Origin: an uncultured Clostridiaceae bacterium
GTDB taxonomy: Bacteria > Bacillota > Clostridia > CAYPLH01 > DUMO01
Direction of reading: 5' to 3'
NCBI GenBank assembly: GCA_964411505.1
Contig: CAYPLH010000011.1
Coordinates: forward strand, 11,929-75,928
DNA length: 64,000 nucleotides
This document shows, one piece after another, positions 29,016 through 39,191 of the stretch (within the stretch, counting starts at the first letter, position 1; every line of letters begins with the position of its first letter). The notes below the pieces were generated by a model. That model did no database searches. It was not told the origin of the DNA and saw only the letters and a program-made list of their open reading frames with translations. Made by a program: the position numbers and the translations under genes.

Positions 29016-31124
29016 TCAATTACTTCTATTAATAACAAAAACTGCTGTATCTTTCGAACTGATTGCCCTGTCAAGCTTAAGAATTCCATTACTTTCGGAA
29101 ACTATATCAATTATCCCGGTGTAAAGATTCTCTACAGTGTAACTTCCTTCATCAACCCCTTCAATTATAATGGAAACATCCTTATCCTCATTTGTATAGT
29201 TAAATAAAGCTAATAGCCTTGTTCCTCCATCACCGGTCATTATTGCATACTTTACACTGTTATCATTTATCCTGTGTGTAGATATGCCGTATTTCTTATC
29301 CAGAAAAGCTATAACTTCGCTGCCTTTACCGCAATTATTCAGAAAACAACCGTACCAATAGGAAGTACCTATAAAGACAAAATTACCCCTTCCTGCACTT
29401 GAGCTGGTTATTGCTGGAAGACCATCCTCAAATCTTGCAATAACTTCTGCTCCTTCTAAATCAAATAATTGCTTTTGTATATAGCCTCTGCACTCTATTC
29501 CTCCTTCAATCGAAAACGTTAGATTAGAAATGTCTACATCATGAAAATCGATACCGGTTATTGTTCTTAACTTTCCCCCCGGCAGCTCCCTATGCATTAT
29601 TCCGTTTTCATTAAATATGCCAAACATTCCGTCAGCAACAACGGTGCCGCCATTTATCACAAATTCCTCAAGACCTTTGGCAAGGTCATCAGGCATACAC
29701 ATCTGGTATGTTGCAAAAATCACATTATATTCCCTCACCCTTCTATTTGCTACATCATCTGGCGTTACAAAGTCTACGTCTATATTATTTTGCCATAGGC
29801 ATTGATATAAGCCTTTTATAGCTTCGACATATATGTTATCACTGACTACACCCTTGTATGTCTGTGTAAAGGCTTTCTGATAATTGAAATTCTGGCGGTC
29901 ATATAAAATTGCCGCTTTTGCCTTTTCAGGTGAAAAACTCATTATTTCGGGATGCTTGTTAAGTATACTCTTAATCTTTTTTGCCTCAGAAAGCCTCGGT
30001 GTTTCTCTTCCTTTCTGGTCAACAAGCCCTCTTCCAAACAGTTGATGACCTTTAATAAAAGGCTCCCATTTCCAGTAGATTATCCCTTTTGCTCCATGAG
30101 TTATAGCCTCCCAGTTCCACCACTTAAGTTCATTGGGGTAGACAACCCCTTGCGTGTTCAGTAAAGTCTGGTGGTGGCTTTGCATTTCAGCAATCCAATA
30201 AGGTTCATGATGTGCAGCTGAATAAACGGAACTAAATATCTGCCATCTTAAGCTATGTTTCTCCCTATCGCCCTTATTGTTTTGGGGATAAAGCGAAATA
30301 CCCATCTCATCCACTGACCGTGATAGTTCCCAGTTATCCTGTGAACGGCTTATTAATTCTCCCCGTGCTGCTTCCGAGGCAATATTATCTGCCTGTATGG
30401 GGTGTTTTGCATCAACTGAGCGAATATGTCCTGCCCATTCCCTTATGATCATACCTATATTATCTTTCTGAAAATCCAAAAGATCAGCAGCATTTGCAAT
30501 GCTTGCCCATCTCCAGTAAGGGAATTCAACCTGCGAAAAATCACAGTAGCTGCGTTCCCAAATAGCATTAAGGTTTTCTATTGTTTTGTACTTTTCCTCC
30601 AGCCAATCTCTGAAAACCTGTAGAGTATATAGATCGTAAGACCAAAACATCGTTTCATTCCAGATATCGTAACCATACAAAGCAGGGTAATCTTTATAGG
30701 CCAGCGCCGTATTATAAAAGTTTCTCTTTATTATGTTTTTTACATCAGGATGGTTATAATTAATAAATCCGAAAGATGCTCCAGAATTGTTATATGTTCC
30801 ATCCCTGTTTACTGCCAGATAATCTCTTTTCATTACAAAGTCTGGAGTATATTCAAGGCATGAAATCTGACCTGCAAGTTCCATTACAACATGTAAACCT
30901 ATTTCATAAGCATAATTTAATATACTCTTGCCTGTGGCAAATGGATAATCAGGGTTTTTACTATCCTCCCACCAGTATACCGCCGGCCATATAACCACAT
31001 AATCCATACCTGTTTCGCGTATGCTTTTTAGTCTGTCATATATTTCTGCAAGTCCAAACTCTCTTTGAATTTTTAAAACTGTACCATAGGGAAAGTGATC
31101 CCGGATTGTTTTTAAATTTTGCAC
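29016..31124 (-). CDS. glycoside hydrolase, GH42-like beta-galactosidase
   Basis: A 702-aa TIM-barrel-like N-terminus (DIWNETMFW candidate acid/base NE) with a length and layout typical of GH42. The family call is from memory. Confidence 0.7.
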   Translation of the reverse strand: MQNLKTIRDHFPYGTVLKIQREFGLAEIYDRLKSIRETGMDYVVIWPAVYWWEDSKNPDYPFATGKSILNYAYEIGLHVVMELAGQISCLEYTPDFVMKRDYLAVNRDGTYNNSGASFGFINYNHPDVKNIIKRNFYNTALAYKDYPALYGYDIWNETMFWSYDLYTLQVFRDWLEEKYKTIENLNAIWERSYCDFSQVEFPYWRWASIANAADLLDFQKDNIGMIIREWAGHIRSVDAKHPIQADNIASEAARGELISRSQDNWELSRSVDEMGISLYPQNNKGDREKHSLRWQIFSSVYSAAHHEPYWIAEMQSHHQTLLNTQGVVYPNELKWWNWEAITHGAKGIIYWKWEPFIKGHQLFGRGLVDQKGRETPRLSEAKKIKSILNKHPEIMSFSPEKAKAAILYDRQNFNYQKAFTQTYKGVVSDNIYVEAIKGLYQCLWQNNIDVDFVTPDDVANRRVREYNVIFATYQMCMPDDLAKGLEEFVINGGTVVADGMFGIFNENGIMHRELPGGKLRTITGIDFHDVDISNLTFSIEGGIECRGYIQKQLFDLEGAEVIARFEDGLPAITSSSAGRGNFVFIGTSYWYGCFLNNCGKGSEVIAFLDKKYGISTHRINDNSVKYAIMTGDGGTRLLALFNYTNEDKDVSIIIEGVDEGSYTVENLYTGIIDIVSESNGILKLDRAISSKDTAVFVINRSN

Positions 31125-31373
31125 AAACTAAACCTCCATATACTTATTTTCTTGTAAAGCTTGAGTTGCTGATATTTAACGTACCTGACTGAATAATTTT
31201 CAAAGCAACACAACTAGATTTACTATAAATCATATACTTTCAAAGAAAGATATTCTTGTCTTGTATTGACCAATTCTTCTGGTATATTGACATATCAGAA
31301 GAACCAAACGTTAAAATTCACATGCACATTTATCTTTACTGAAAGTATATAAAAATATTAAATTATAAAATTA

Positions 31374-32555
31374 TTACATTCTGCATAATATATCTTTCAA
31401 AAAGCTGGTCCCGGCAGCTGTACCTGCAACGTTGAAATAATCCAGTACAGTAGCCGCAATGTCAGCAAAAGTACTACGGACTCCAAGATTAACAGATTTT
31501 TTTAGCGCTTCCCCCGTTACTAAAAGGGGGACATACTCTCTTGAATGATCTGTGCTTTCTGTAGTAGGATCGCAGCCATGATCAGCTGTTATTATAAGAA
31601 TATCTTCCCTCTTCATGTTATTAATTATATCGGGAATTCTTAAATCAAACTCCATAAGAGCGTTTGCATAGCCTTCCACATTGTTTCTATGCCCATAAAT
31701 TGAATCAAAATCAACACAGTTTGTGAAAATTAGACCCTCAAACTCTTCTTTCATATATTGTATTGTTTTATCTATACTATCCATGTTATTTTCAGTATGT
31801 ACTGAATCAGTAAGACCACGTCCATTGAATACATCCTCAATTTTTCCTACACCTTTAACCCGGTAACCTTCAGATTTTAAAATATCAAGCATTGTAATAC
31901 CCAGCGGATCAAGTGAAAAATCCTTTCTCCTGCTTGTCCTGGTAAAATTACCTATTTCACCGGAAAATGGTCTTGCAATAACTCTTCCTACTGCATGTTC
32001 ATCTTTCATTACCTTACGCGCTATACGACAGATGTTGTAAAGCTCTTCTACCGGGATTACTTCTTCATGCGCTGCAATTTGAAATACACTGTCAGCCGAA
32101 GTATATACAATAGGTCTTTTTGTCCTTATGTGTTCTCTGCCCAGCTCTTCTATTATCCTTGTGCCAGAAGCTGCGTAATTTCCAAGGATTTTCCTGCTTA
32201 TTTTCCTTTCGAACTCATTGATTACTTCATCTGGAAATCCTTTGGGATATACCGGGAAAGGTTTTTCCACAATAATACCTGAAATCTCCCAATGACCCGA
32301 AGTCGTATCCTTTCCTGCTGACATTTCACCCATCTTTCCATAACATCCAACAGGTTTATTAAGAGCTTCTACTCCTCTTATGTAGTTAATATTTCCAAGA
32401 CCCAGCTTCTGAAGATTTGGAAGCTTTAAGTTGTTAACCTTCATCGCAATATTTCCTAAAGTATTGCTGCCAGCATCTCCATATTGGACCGCATCAGGTA
32501 GTTCCCCTATTCCAACACTGTCCATAACAATAATTATAACTCTTTTCATTGGCAT
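31374..32555 (-). CDS. deoB: phosphopentomutase
   Basis: Motifs [39 protein letters not shown]. Confidence 0.9.
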   Translation of the reverse strand: MPMKRVIIIVMDSVGIGELPDAVQYGDAGSNTLGNIAMKVNNLKLPNLQKLGLGNINYIRGVEALNKPVGCYGKMGEMSAGKDTTSGHWEISGIIVEKPFPVYPKGFPDEVINEFERKISRKILGNYAASGTRIIEELGREHIRTKRPIVYTSADSVFQIAAHEEVIPVEELYNICRIARKVMKDEHAVGRVIARPFSGEIGNFTRTSRRKDFSLDPLGITMLDILKSEGYRVKGVGKIEDVFNGRGLTDSVHTENNMDSIDKTIQYMKEEFEGLIFTNCVDFDSIYGHRNNVEGYANALMEFDLRIPDIINNMKREDILIITADHGCDPTTESTDHSREYVPLLVTGEALKKSVNLGVRSTFADIAATVLDYFNVAGTAAGTSFLKDILCRM

Positions 32556-32690
32556 TCATATCTCCTATTATACATAAGGAATTTTTCTCATATAATTTTT
32601 TATGATTGCTCCCCAGTATGAAATAAAGCGGCTTTTTTATGTAAAGTGCTCTACATAAAAATTTGCAGCATTATTGCAATCTGGTGCAAC

Positions 32691-32738
32691 ATAATATGAT
32701 TATCCAGCCTTCCATGTGAGACTAGATAATTGTATTAT
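32691..32738. repeat. short relative of the 619-702 palindromic element
   Basis: ATAATATGATTATCCAGCCTTCC...ACTAGATAATTGTATTAT. Its reverse complement shares GGAAGGCTrGATAATCATATTAT with 681-702. Confidence 0.45.
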
Positions 32739-32788
32739 ACTACATTTTGATTACAAACAAAATCGCCCACAAAAACTTCTAGCTTATT

Positions 32789-33676
32789 TCATGCTCTTGG
32801 ATGTGTTTTCTTATAAACTTCTCTTATTTTGTTTTTAGCAATCTGAGCATAAATCTGGGTTGATGAAATATCCGAATGTCCAAGCATTTCCTGGATAGAT
32901 CTTAGATCTGCTCCATTTTCCAAAAGATGTGCGGCAAAGGAATGTCTTAATGTATGCGGTGTAATATCTTTGCTAATTTTCGCCTGATTCTTATATTGCT
33001 TAATAATTTTCCAGAAACCCTGTCTGGTAAGACGCTTTCCATTTAGATTTACAAAAAGCGCTTTTTCTTCATGGTCTTGAATCATTAAGCTTCTGGATTT
33101 TGCAATATAACTTTTGAGCGCGCTTATAGCCATTGAACCGATTGGTATCATTCTTTCCCTACTAACTTTATTACAGAGAATAAATCCTATGTCAAGGTTT
33201 AAGTCACTTATATCAAGTGAAATTAATTCAGACACCCTGATGCCTGTAGCATATAGAAGCTCAAGCATAGCTTTATCCCTATAACCTTTCAAATCGACGC
33301 ATTTAGGCTGCTCAAGCAACAACTCGACTTCCTGCGTTGATAATATCTGCGGAAGTTTTTTTTCAACTTTTGGTGATTCCAGTCCTGATGTTGGGTTATA
33401 ATCTATTATGCCACTTTTTTCTACATACTGGTAAAACGATCTAATTGACGCTAAGTTTCTTGAAATTGTAGATGTAGCTCTACCCTTTTTCTGAAGGTAC
33501 AACAAATAAACTATAATAGTAGTTTTGGAAGTCTTAGTTATGGTGTGTATATTTATCCCATTCAAATATGTAGTATATTGCTCAATATCCCTTTTGTATG
33601 ATTGAAGTGTATTTTGTGACAACCTTTTATCCTTCTCCAGAAAATTAATGAACTCTTCTATTAATAATTCCATCAA
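32789..33676 (-). CDS. xerD: site-specific tyrosine recombinase XerD (chromosome dimer resolution)
   Basis: SAM-like N domain and catalytic motifs ATGIRVSEL, HTLRHSFAAHLLENGADLRSIQEMLGHSDISSTQIY. It sits in the deoB-xerD-spoIIM context common in Firmicutes. Confidence 0.85.
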   Translation of the reverse strand: MMELLIEEFINFLEKDKRLSQNTLQSYKRDIEQYTTYLNGINIHTITKTSKTTIIVYLLYLQKKGRATSTISRNLASIRSFYQYVEKSGIIDYNPTSGLESPKVEKKLPQILSTQEVELLLEQPKCVDLKGYRDKAMLELLYATGIRVSELISLDISDLNLDIGFILCNKVSRERMIPIGSMAISALKSYIAKSRSLMIQDHEEKALFVNLNGKRLTRQGFWKIIKQYKNQAKISKDITPHTLRHSFAAHLLENGADLRSIQEMLGHSDISSTQIYAQIAKNKIREVYKKTHPRA

Positions 33677-33924
33677 CCAACGACTCCTTAATTGTTATTC
33701 ATCTATATGCAACATCTTTAAATCATGTGACATAGCCTTTGAAATAGACAATTTTAAAAGTAAATTTCCAACAGCATATTACACAAAATTTTATACGTTA
33801 AATATAGATTTAAGTATAGACATTTATATATATTAAATCACAACACTATCTTTTCACTTTAAATTCAATTATATACAAATATTTTCAAGGCTTTTCTGGA
33901 TAACAACTAAAAAAATGCTCCAGT

Positions 33925-34572
33925 TTATTTAAAGCCTGTTATTAAAGGAGCAATCATTTTAATAAACATCGGGCTTACATATGATTCAAATAGAGCGCCG
34001 ACAAGTATCATTATTGAAAACAGTGCTGTTACAAGACAATATGCAGCAAAACTTGACTTTAAGCTTATTTTTGATGGCAATCTATTAGATCGGCTTTTTA
34101 AGATGGTCAGTGAAAAGTTTATACCACTGACACCAAGGGCTATTATAAATGGTACTATTATTATTTCTTTTGGAAGGGTTGACAAAAAAACAAATAACAC
34201 GCCTTTAATTCCACATGCAGCAACAATAAAACCGGAACTAAATCCTGTCACAAAACCCTTTATCCCAACAGCGATATATATAAAGGGAACCCCGATTATA
34301 GTAACCCCTAGAACCCACAAAAGAGCTATTAACTTGAAATTTTCAATTACTGTAATTTTAAAAAGCTCAACACTGTCGATATTTTGGTGGTTAATAAGAT
34401 TTAAAAAACCATAGAAATAGTTTGTCAATTCAGAACTTTGATTAAAACTTAATCCGTTAACAGTAAAAGCACCTGCACAAATACCCACAGTGAAAGCCAA
34501 AAACAAGAGCATATATGTATTAATGTTATTATTTATATGTTTTGTCAGTGTAACCTTAAAATTTGACAGCAT
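33925..34572 (-). CDS. spoIIM: stage II sporulation protein M
   Basis: Polytopic membrane protein with the SpoIIM-like pattern (FKIIFLNNLK-type region ENFKLIALLWVLG, LPKEIIIVPFIIALG). ATG at 34572 follows GGAG. Confidence 0.75.
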   Translation of the reverse strand: MLSNFKVTLTKHINNNINTYMLLFLAFTVGICAGAFTVNGLSFNQSSELTNYFYGFLNLINHQNIDSVELFKITVIENFKLIALLWVLGVTIIGVPFIYIAVGIKGFVTGFSSGFIVAACGIKGVLFVFLSTLPKEIIIVPFIIALGVSGINFSLTILKSRSNRLPSKISLKSSFAAYCLVTALFSIMILVGALFESYVSPMFIKMIAPLITGFK

Positions 34573-34761
34573 AAAAACTCCAGCATTTTTTATTGGCAGG
34601 ATCATCTGTTATTATGAGCGCTTATTTGATGATTCTGTCTATTTGAATTCTATGCCTTGCTGAATAAAAAAATTACAAAGATTATTAATTTTCGTAAACT
34701 TGATAAAATCCCAAGCCTTACTTTTATAAACCCCCGCAGCGAATGGTTACAGTACGTTTTT

Positions 34762-35310
34762 CTATATTATGATTTCTTTTCTTAAAATCCTGTCGGCGAT
34801 CAACAACCCTATTATGGTCTTTGCATCAGTTATCTCATGTGAAAGAACCTTATTGATCAATTCACTAAGAGGAATCTTTTCACATGATATAAATTCATCC
34901 TCATCAGCGCAAGCAGAGCCTTCTTCAAGGTCTGTGGCTACAAACAAGTGTAATACCTCGTTACAAAAACCTGGAGTACTGTGAACACTGATAATATGTG
35001 TAATTTTCCCTGCTACAAGCCCAGTCTCTTCCTTCAACTCACGTTTTGCGCAATCTTCAGGTTTTTCCCCGGGATCCAGTTTACCAGCTGGGATCTCAAG
35101 AGAGTTTTTTTCAATTGCTTTTCTATATTGTCTTACCATGTAAATATTTCCATCACAATCAATAGGAATGACAACCGCTGCTCCAGGGTGTAATACAAGA
35201 TCGCGTTTTGCCTCTTTACCATTGGGCAGGGTAACTCTAAGCGTGTCAACATCTATAACACTTCCGTTAAAAACTCGTGTTCTAGAAATTGTTTTTTCTT
35301 CATACTTCAT
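34762..35310 (-). CDS. Nudix hydrolase (ADP-ribose pyrophosphatase type)
   Basis: Nudix box GKLDPGEKPEDCAKRELKEETG. Confidence 0.8.
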   Translation of the reverse strand: MKYEEKTISRTRVFNGSVIDVDTLRVTLPNGKEAKRDLVLHPGAAVVIPIDCDGNIYMVRQYRKAIEKNSLEIPAGKLDPGEKPEDCAKRELKEETGLVAGKITHIISVHSTPGFCNEVLHLFVATDLEEGSACADEDEFISCEKIPLSELINKVLSHEITDAKTIIGLLIADRILRKEIII

Positions 35311-35677
35311 TTGATTATCTCCTCATATGTTAATTTTTGTAAAGTTTCAATTTAAAATTTCAGTGACAAACCTCAGATTTTTCAAACTATTTACTATCTG
35401 GTAATTATATTTGTCGGAAATACATATACTTAAAACTGTAATATAACTGGAATGCTAATTCCACAGTTTACTTGCTTTAAGATATTGACCACACTTTATA
35501 CCCCAAAAAAAGATTTGGAAAGGATTTCTGCCATGATGCAATACATTTTTAAAGGAAGCCTATATTTATGCGGCAAGCCTGCTGAGATTATAAAGCAGCT
35601 TAATGAACTAAAAAACGAATATAATACTGTAAAAGAACTAATTGACAGTAAATTGAAACCACTAGAAAAATAACACT

Positions 35678-36487
35678 TCATCGTTTACTCATTTCTCTGG
35701 TTTTTCTAGTACAGGCATTCATTGCCTCTATTACAGCATTACGAAATGAACACTTTTCCAATACAGCTACGGCTTCAATAGTAGTGCCTGCTGGGGTGCA
35801 TACCTGATCCTTAAGCTCGCCTGGGTGTTTACCTGTTTCTAAAACCATCTTTGCAGAACCTAAAACAGCCTGTGCAGCAAGCTTATATGATAATTCCCTA
35901 GGAATCCCTGATTGAACAGCTGCATCAGACATAGCTTCTATAAACATAAATACATAAGCAGGACTACTGCTTGTCAATGCGACAACTTCATTCATTAAAT
36001 TTTCAGGCAATTCCTCTACCCTACCTGCACATTTGAACAAAGCTGACACTTCTAATTTTTCACAATCTGTTACATTGGAATTGCATGAAATCAGCGTCAT
36101 TCCTTCACCAACCTGCAATGGAGTGTTTGGCATGACCCGGACAACCTTTTTTTCTTTTCCAATTACATCTTCAAGAAACTTCAAAGTAACACCTGCCGCA
36201 ATTGAAACAACAACCTTTTCACCAGTCATCCTATCTGCAAAAGACTCCAATACATATTTTACTAAGTTAGGCTTAACAGCAATAATGATAATATCACTAC
36301 ATTCTGCAAGCTCACGGCTTGAGCCTGTAGTATTTATGTTATACCTATTCTTAACAGTTTCAAGCTTTTGAGCGCTTTGATCAAAACAGTAAAGTTTATC
36401 AGTCGACATAAGATTAGATTCAGTTATTCCTTTTAATATAGCAGTACCCATTACACCAGTACCAATAATTCCTATCCTCTTACTCAT
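35678..36487 (-). CDS. proC: pyrroline-5-carboxylate reductase
   Basis: IGIIGTGVMG NAD(P)-binding motif and the ProC C-terminal signature LKDQVCTPAGTTIEAV. Confidence 0.9.
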   Translation of the reverse strand: MSKRIGIIGTGVMGTAILKGITESNLMSTDKLYCFDQSAQKLETVKNRYNINTTGSSRELAECSDIIIIAVKPNLVKYVLESFADRMTGEKVVVSIAAGVTLKFLEDVIGKEKKVVRVMPNTPLQVGEGMTLISCNSNVTDCEKLEVSALFKCAGRVEELPENLMNEVVALTSSSPAYVFMFIEAMSDAAVQSGIPRELSYKLAAQAVLGSAKMVLETGKHPGELKDQVCTPAGTTIEAVAVLEKCSFRNAVIEAMNACTRKTREMSKR

Positions 36488-36874
36488 ATTTATAGTATCT
36501 CCTCTTTATATTTTATTTAATTGAGTTTTCACGCTCCTTTTTGTTCAATGTTCAACTTATGCTAATTACACACGAATCAAGTAACACAGCACTGCACCTC
36601 ACTACATCTGTAAATTTCAACTCACTTCACTTTTTACACATAACTCTATTAAAATCTAATTATATCATTAATAATATATCAATAAAATATAAATTTAAGC
36701 TTTTTGGTATGCATAAGCTTCAGTTCGCACACCATAAATTTCATTTTGGCATTCTAATAATAAATTGACAGACTTTAATCGGACAATTTTGCGACAAACT
36801 AATTTCAGGCGAGACCCTACCGAAGATAGACTTTAACTTTTCATTTTACCTAGTTTTTAAACTTATTTTAACCA

Positions 36875-36904
36875 TTGACAAAAAGCTCGAAGCTGTTGTA
36901 TACT
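36875..36904 (+). promoter_or_regulatory. sigma-A-type promoter for tRNA-Trp
   Basis: TTGACA (36875-36880), an 18-nt spacer, TATACT (36899-36904), ending 13 nt before the tRNA 5' end. Confidence 0.55.
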
Positions 36905-36917
36905 AAATAAGTCTCGT

Positions 36918-36993
36918 AGGGGAGTAGCGCAATTGGCAGAGTAGCGGTCTCCAAAACCGTCGGTTGCAGGTTCGAGTCCTGTCTCCCCTGCCA
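36918..36993 (+). tRNA. tRNA-Trp (anticodon CCA)
   Basis: AGGGGAGTAGCGCAATTGGCAGAGTAGCGGTCTCCAAAACCGTCGGTTGCAGGTTCGAGTCCTGTCTCCCCTGCCA has anticodon loop CTCCAAA and an encoded CCA. Confidence 0.93.
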
Positions 36994-37156
36994 GTGATAA
37001 AGCCTGTAACTTTAATGGTTACAGGCTTTTGTTATGTTCTTTATAATGTGTTTTGGGGACTATTTTTGAGTGTGATTCTAGGTGATATTGCGCTCAAAAA
37101 AAAGACACAACATGTTAAGACATGAATACATCACTACATAATGAATTTATTTACGG
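36961..37156 (+). repeat. duplication unit A, segment 1 (tRNA-Trp 3' end, terminator and ~125 nt downstream)
   Basis: Aligns with 38881-39086 apart from a short variable stretch after the terminator. Confidence 0.85.
36999..37032 (+). terminator. rho-independent terminator after tRNA-Trp
   Basis: AAGCCTGTAAC-TTTAATG-GTTACAGGCTTTTGTT. Confidence 0.7.
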
Positions 37157-37243
37157 CTAAAATCCATTATTTCACGTGCCTGCTAAGGATATGTCTTTCC
37201 TGTAAAACGCCTACAAATCGAAATATCACGCAATAAGCCTATA

Positions 37244-37440
37244 TTTAAAATAGTTGAGTTTACGGATAGAACAGCGCAAAGATTTATGAAAGTTGCAAAC
37301 GAATATTCAAATTCCACACTGGTGTGGAATTTAGGGATAAAAGAAGCATACATGCTTTGCTTGATGTCCCGGTAGAAGAGTGAGAAATCTTCATCCAGTC
37401 TAATCAGGTAGATGAAATGACAACGAGAGAATATAGATAC
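37244..37440 (+). pseudogene. decayed fragment of a DUF3102-like (phage/plasmid-associated) gene
   Basis: One frame reads VEFTDRTAQRFMKVANEYSNSTLVWNLGIKEAYML then stops. A shifted frame continues LLDVPVEE*EIFIQSNQVDEMTTREYRY, matching the ...ERTAQ.FM.VA.E..N......LG.SKA..LL..P.EERE.F... pattern of DUF3102 proteins. No intact ORF. Confidence 0.5.
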
Positions 37441-37531
37441 AATTCACACAAAATGCAACAAAACAAAAAACATATTCCTTCTCTCTTAGCACTATGATAT
37501 AATAGACCCAGTAAGTAAGGAGGCGGTATTT

Positions 37532-37843
37532 GTGGATGATAAAACCTTTGAATTGATGGAAAAGATGTATAGCGAATTTTCAGAATTCCGGAAAGAAACT
37601 AACCAACGCTTTGATGGTTTGAAATTTGAAATCATGCATGTTGGTAACCACGTAACCAAAATCGAAAATGAGCATGGTAAAAAGCTTGATGCACTTTTTG
37701 ATGGTTACAAGCAAACCTATGAAAAACTACAAGAGCATGATAAAAGATTTGATGATGTTGAAACCAAGCTGGACAACCTCTCTATACAGGTAAACGGTCA
37801 CGAATCTAAGCTTAAGGTTTTAGGAGGCGGCAGAAATAAATAA
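37532..37843 (+). CDS. small coiled-coil protein, paralog A (103 aa)
   Basis: GTG start 8 nt after AAGGAGG, downstream of TGATATAAT (37495-37503). The N-terminal 14 aa and C-terminal ~55 aa are nearly identical to the 39192-39503 product. Confidence 0.65.
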   Translation: MDDKTFELMEKMYSEFSEFRKETNQRFDGLKFEIMHVGNHVTKIENEHGKKLDALFDGYKQTYEKLQEHDKRFDDVETKLDNLSIQVNGHESKLKVLGGGRNK

Positions 37844-38125
37844 AACAAATATAAATGCTGTTTCGACTGTGATTTAATTATCAACTTATGACGCTTCTTT
37901 CCCCTGATCGGCAAGTATACATGCTTCCTGTAAAGGAGAATGATATCTTTTAGCGGTTTTCCGCTAAAAGCTTGAACGTCTATTCTATCAAGAAACAGTA
38001 CATTTTATAAGATTCTATTCTAAGGTGAAATATTATGTAAAGCTATTTTGAGCAATCTTAAAAATAATCTTGTCTTCTTCTCCACTCCAATATGACATTA
38101 TGTAATAAAAAGGGAGGCGATTGTT

Positions 38126-38812
38126 GTGAAAGGATGTCTACTAGTTGTATTTGCAGCTTTTTTGTTTGATTCAATGTTAATCTATTTAGGGGTGGAATAA
38201 AACACATCTTTTGCTATAGCTGCTCTTTCGGCGATTATATTCATGGTAGCTGCTTTAGTCTATTCAAGCGAGATTAAAAATAAAAAGGAAGAAGAAAAGG
38301 AAAGATTGGATAATGATGAAAAGAATAAGGCAAATAAGCGGTATTCAGAATATGGCTGTCCTCAAAACAGTAATCAATTTACTTATTTAAGCGGTCTTCC
38401 AGGCATAACCGAAACATATTCAATATTTGTTTGGCGTGATAATTGTTTTTTAAATTTTCTAATTGATTCATCTTTAGTTCACAAAATTCAAATACCATTA
38501 ACCGATATAAGATATTTTTCTCTTAAGGGCGATTTACGACAGGAAACCGAACTCATTGGTGAGATAAGACGTATGACAACAGGCGAGTTCGTTATAGCCG
38601 AAGGCTTGTTCGGGGCTGCAGCAACAATTAACCGAAACAACCAAACTATATCAAATATAAAAAATATTGATGAGCGAAAAACTATTATCAACGCAACTAT
38701 TAATGGTAAAGATCGCTTTATTGTTTTTGAAACAGGTGCTTTATATAATTATCTGCTTGAACAGATTCCCGAAAAAGAGCAGCTGTTTGTAAACATGCAG
38801 ACCAAAAGTTGA
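38126..38812 (+). pseudogene. membrane-anchored hypothetical protein interrupted by an in-frame TAA at 38198-38200
   Basis: A strong RBS AAGGGAGG plus GTG 38126 opens VKGCLLVVFAAFLFDSMLIYLGVE, then TAA. The same frame continues NTSFAIAALSAIIFMVAALVY into the 38243-38812 ORF (both at the same frame phase). Confidence 0.5.
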
Positions 38813-38880
38813 GCTGAAAGGCTCTTTTTTTTATATAATACCTAAAAGAAAGTAAAACGGTATTATATCTTATGTCAGTA

Positions 38881-38913
38881 CGGTTGCAGGTTCGAGTTCT
38901 GTCTCCCCTGCCA
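38881..38913 (+). repeat. 33-nt tRNA-Trp 3'-end fragment (att-like direct repeat)
   Basis: CGGTTGCAGGTTCGAGTTCTGTCTCCCCTGCCA matches 36961-36993 with one mismatch. No 5' half is present. Confidence 0.85.
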
Positions 38914-39086
38914 GTGATAAAGCCTGTAACTTTAATGGTTACAGGCTTTTGTTATGTATATCTATCATGATGTTTGTAATGTGATTTGGGGACTATTTTT
39001 GAGTGTAATTCTAGGTGATATTGCGCTCAAAAAAGACACAACATGTTAAGACATGAATACATCATTGCAGAATGGATTTATTTCCG
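38881..39086 (+). repeat. duplication unit B, segment 1
   Basis: Copy of 36961-37156, including the terminator hairpin and the GGGGACTATTTTTGAGTG...GACATGAATACATC block. Confidence 0.85.
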
Positions 39087-39163
39087 TGCGATTTTTTTTG
39101 CCACAGCAAAAAACGCACATGCGCAATTATATCATGCAATTTCTTCGAAATTCATGATATAAT
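39074..39163 (+). promoter_or_regulatory. hairpin-rich promoter module, copy b (same as 11283-11374)
   Basis: GGATTTATTTCCGTGCGATTTTTTTTGCCACAGCAAAAAACGCACATGCGCAATTATATCATGCAATTTCTTCGAAATTCATGATATAAT. Here it precedes the paralog B gene instead of a CRISPR repeat. Confidence 0.55.
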
Positions 39164-39191
39164 AGACCCAGTAAGTAAGGAGGCGGTATTT

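Noticed and set aside
32789-33676. Tyrosine recombinase as a marker of a mobile element.
   Set aside because: The sequence and the deoB-xerD-spoIIM context fit the housekeeping XerD dimer-resolution recombinase. There are no flanking att repeats or cargo.
39072-39191. N-terminal 40-codon extension of the track ORF 39072-39503.
   Set aside because: It reads through the repeated hairpin/promoter module. The paralog at 37532 starts at the equivalent GTG with the same RBS, so 39192 is the credible start.
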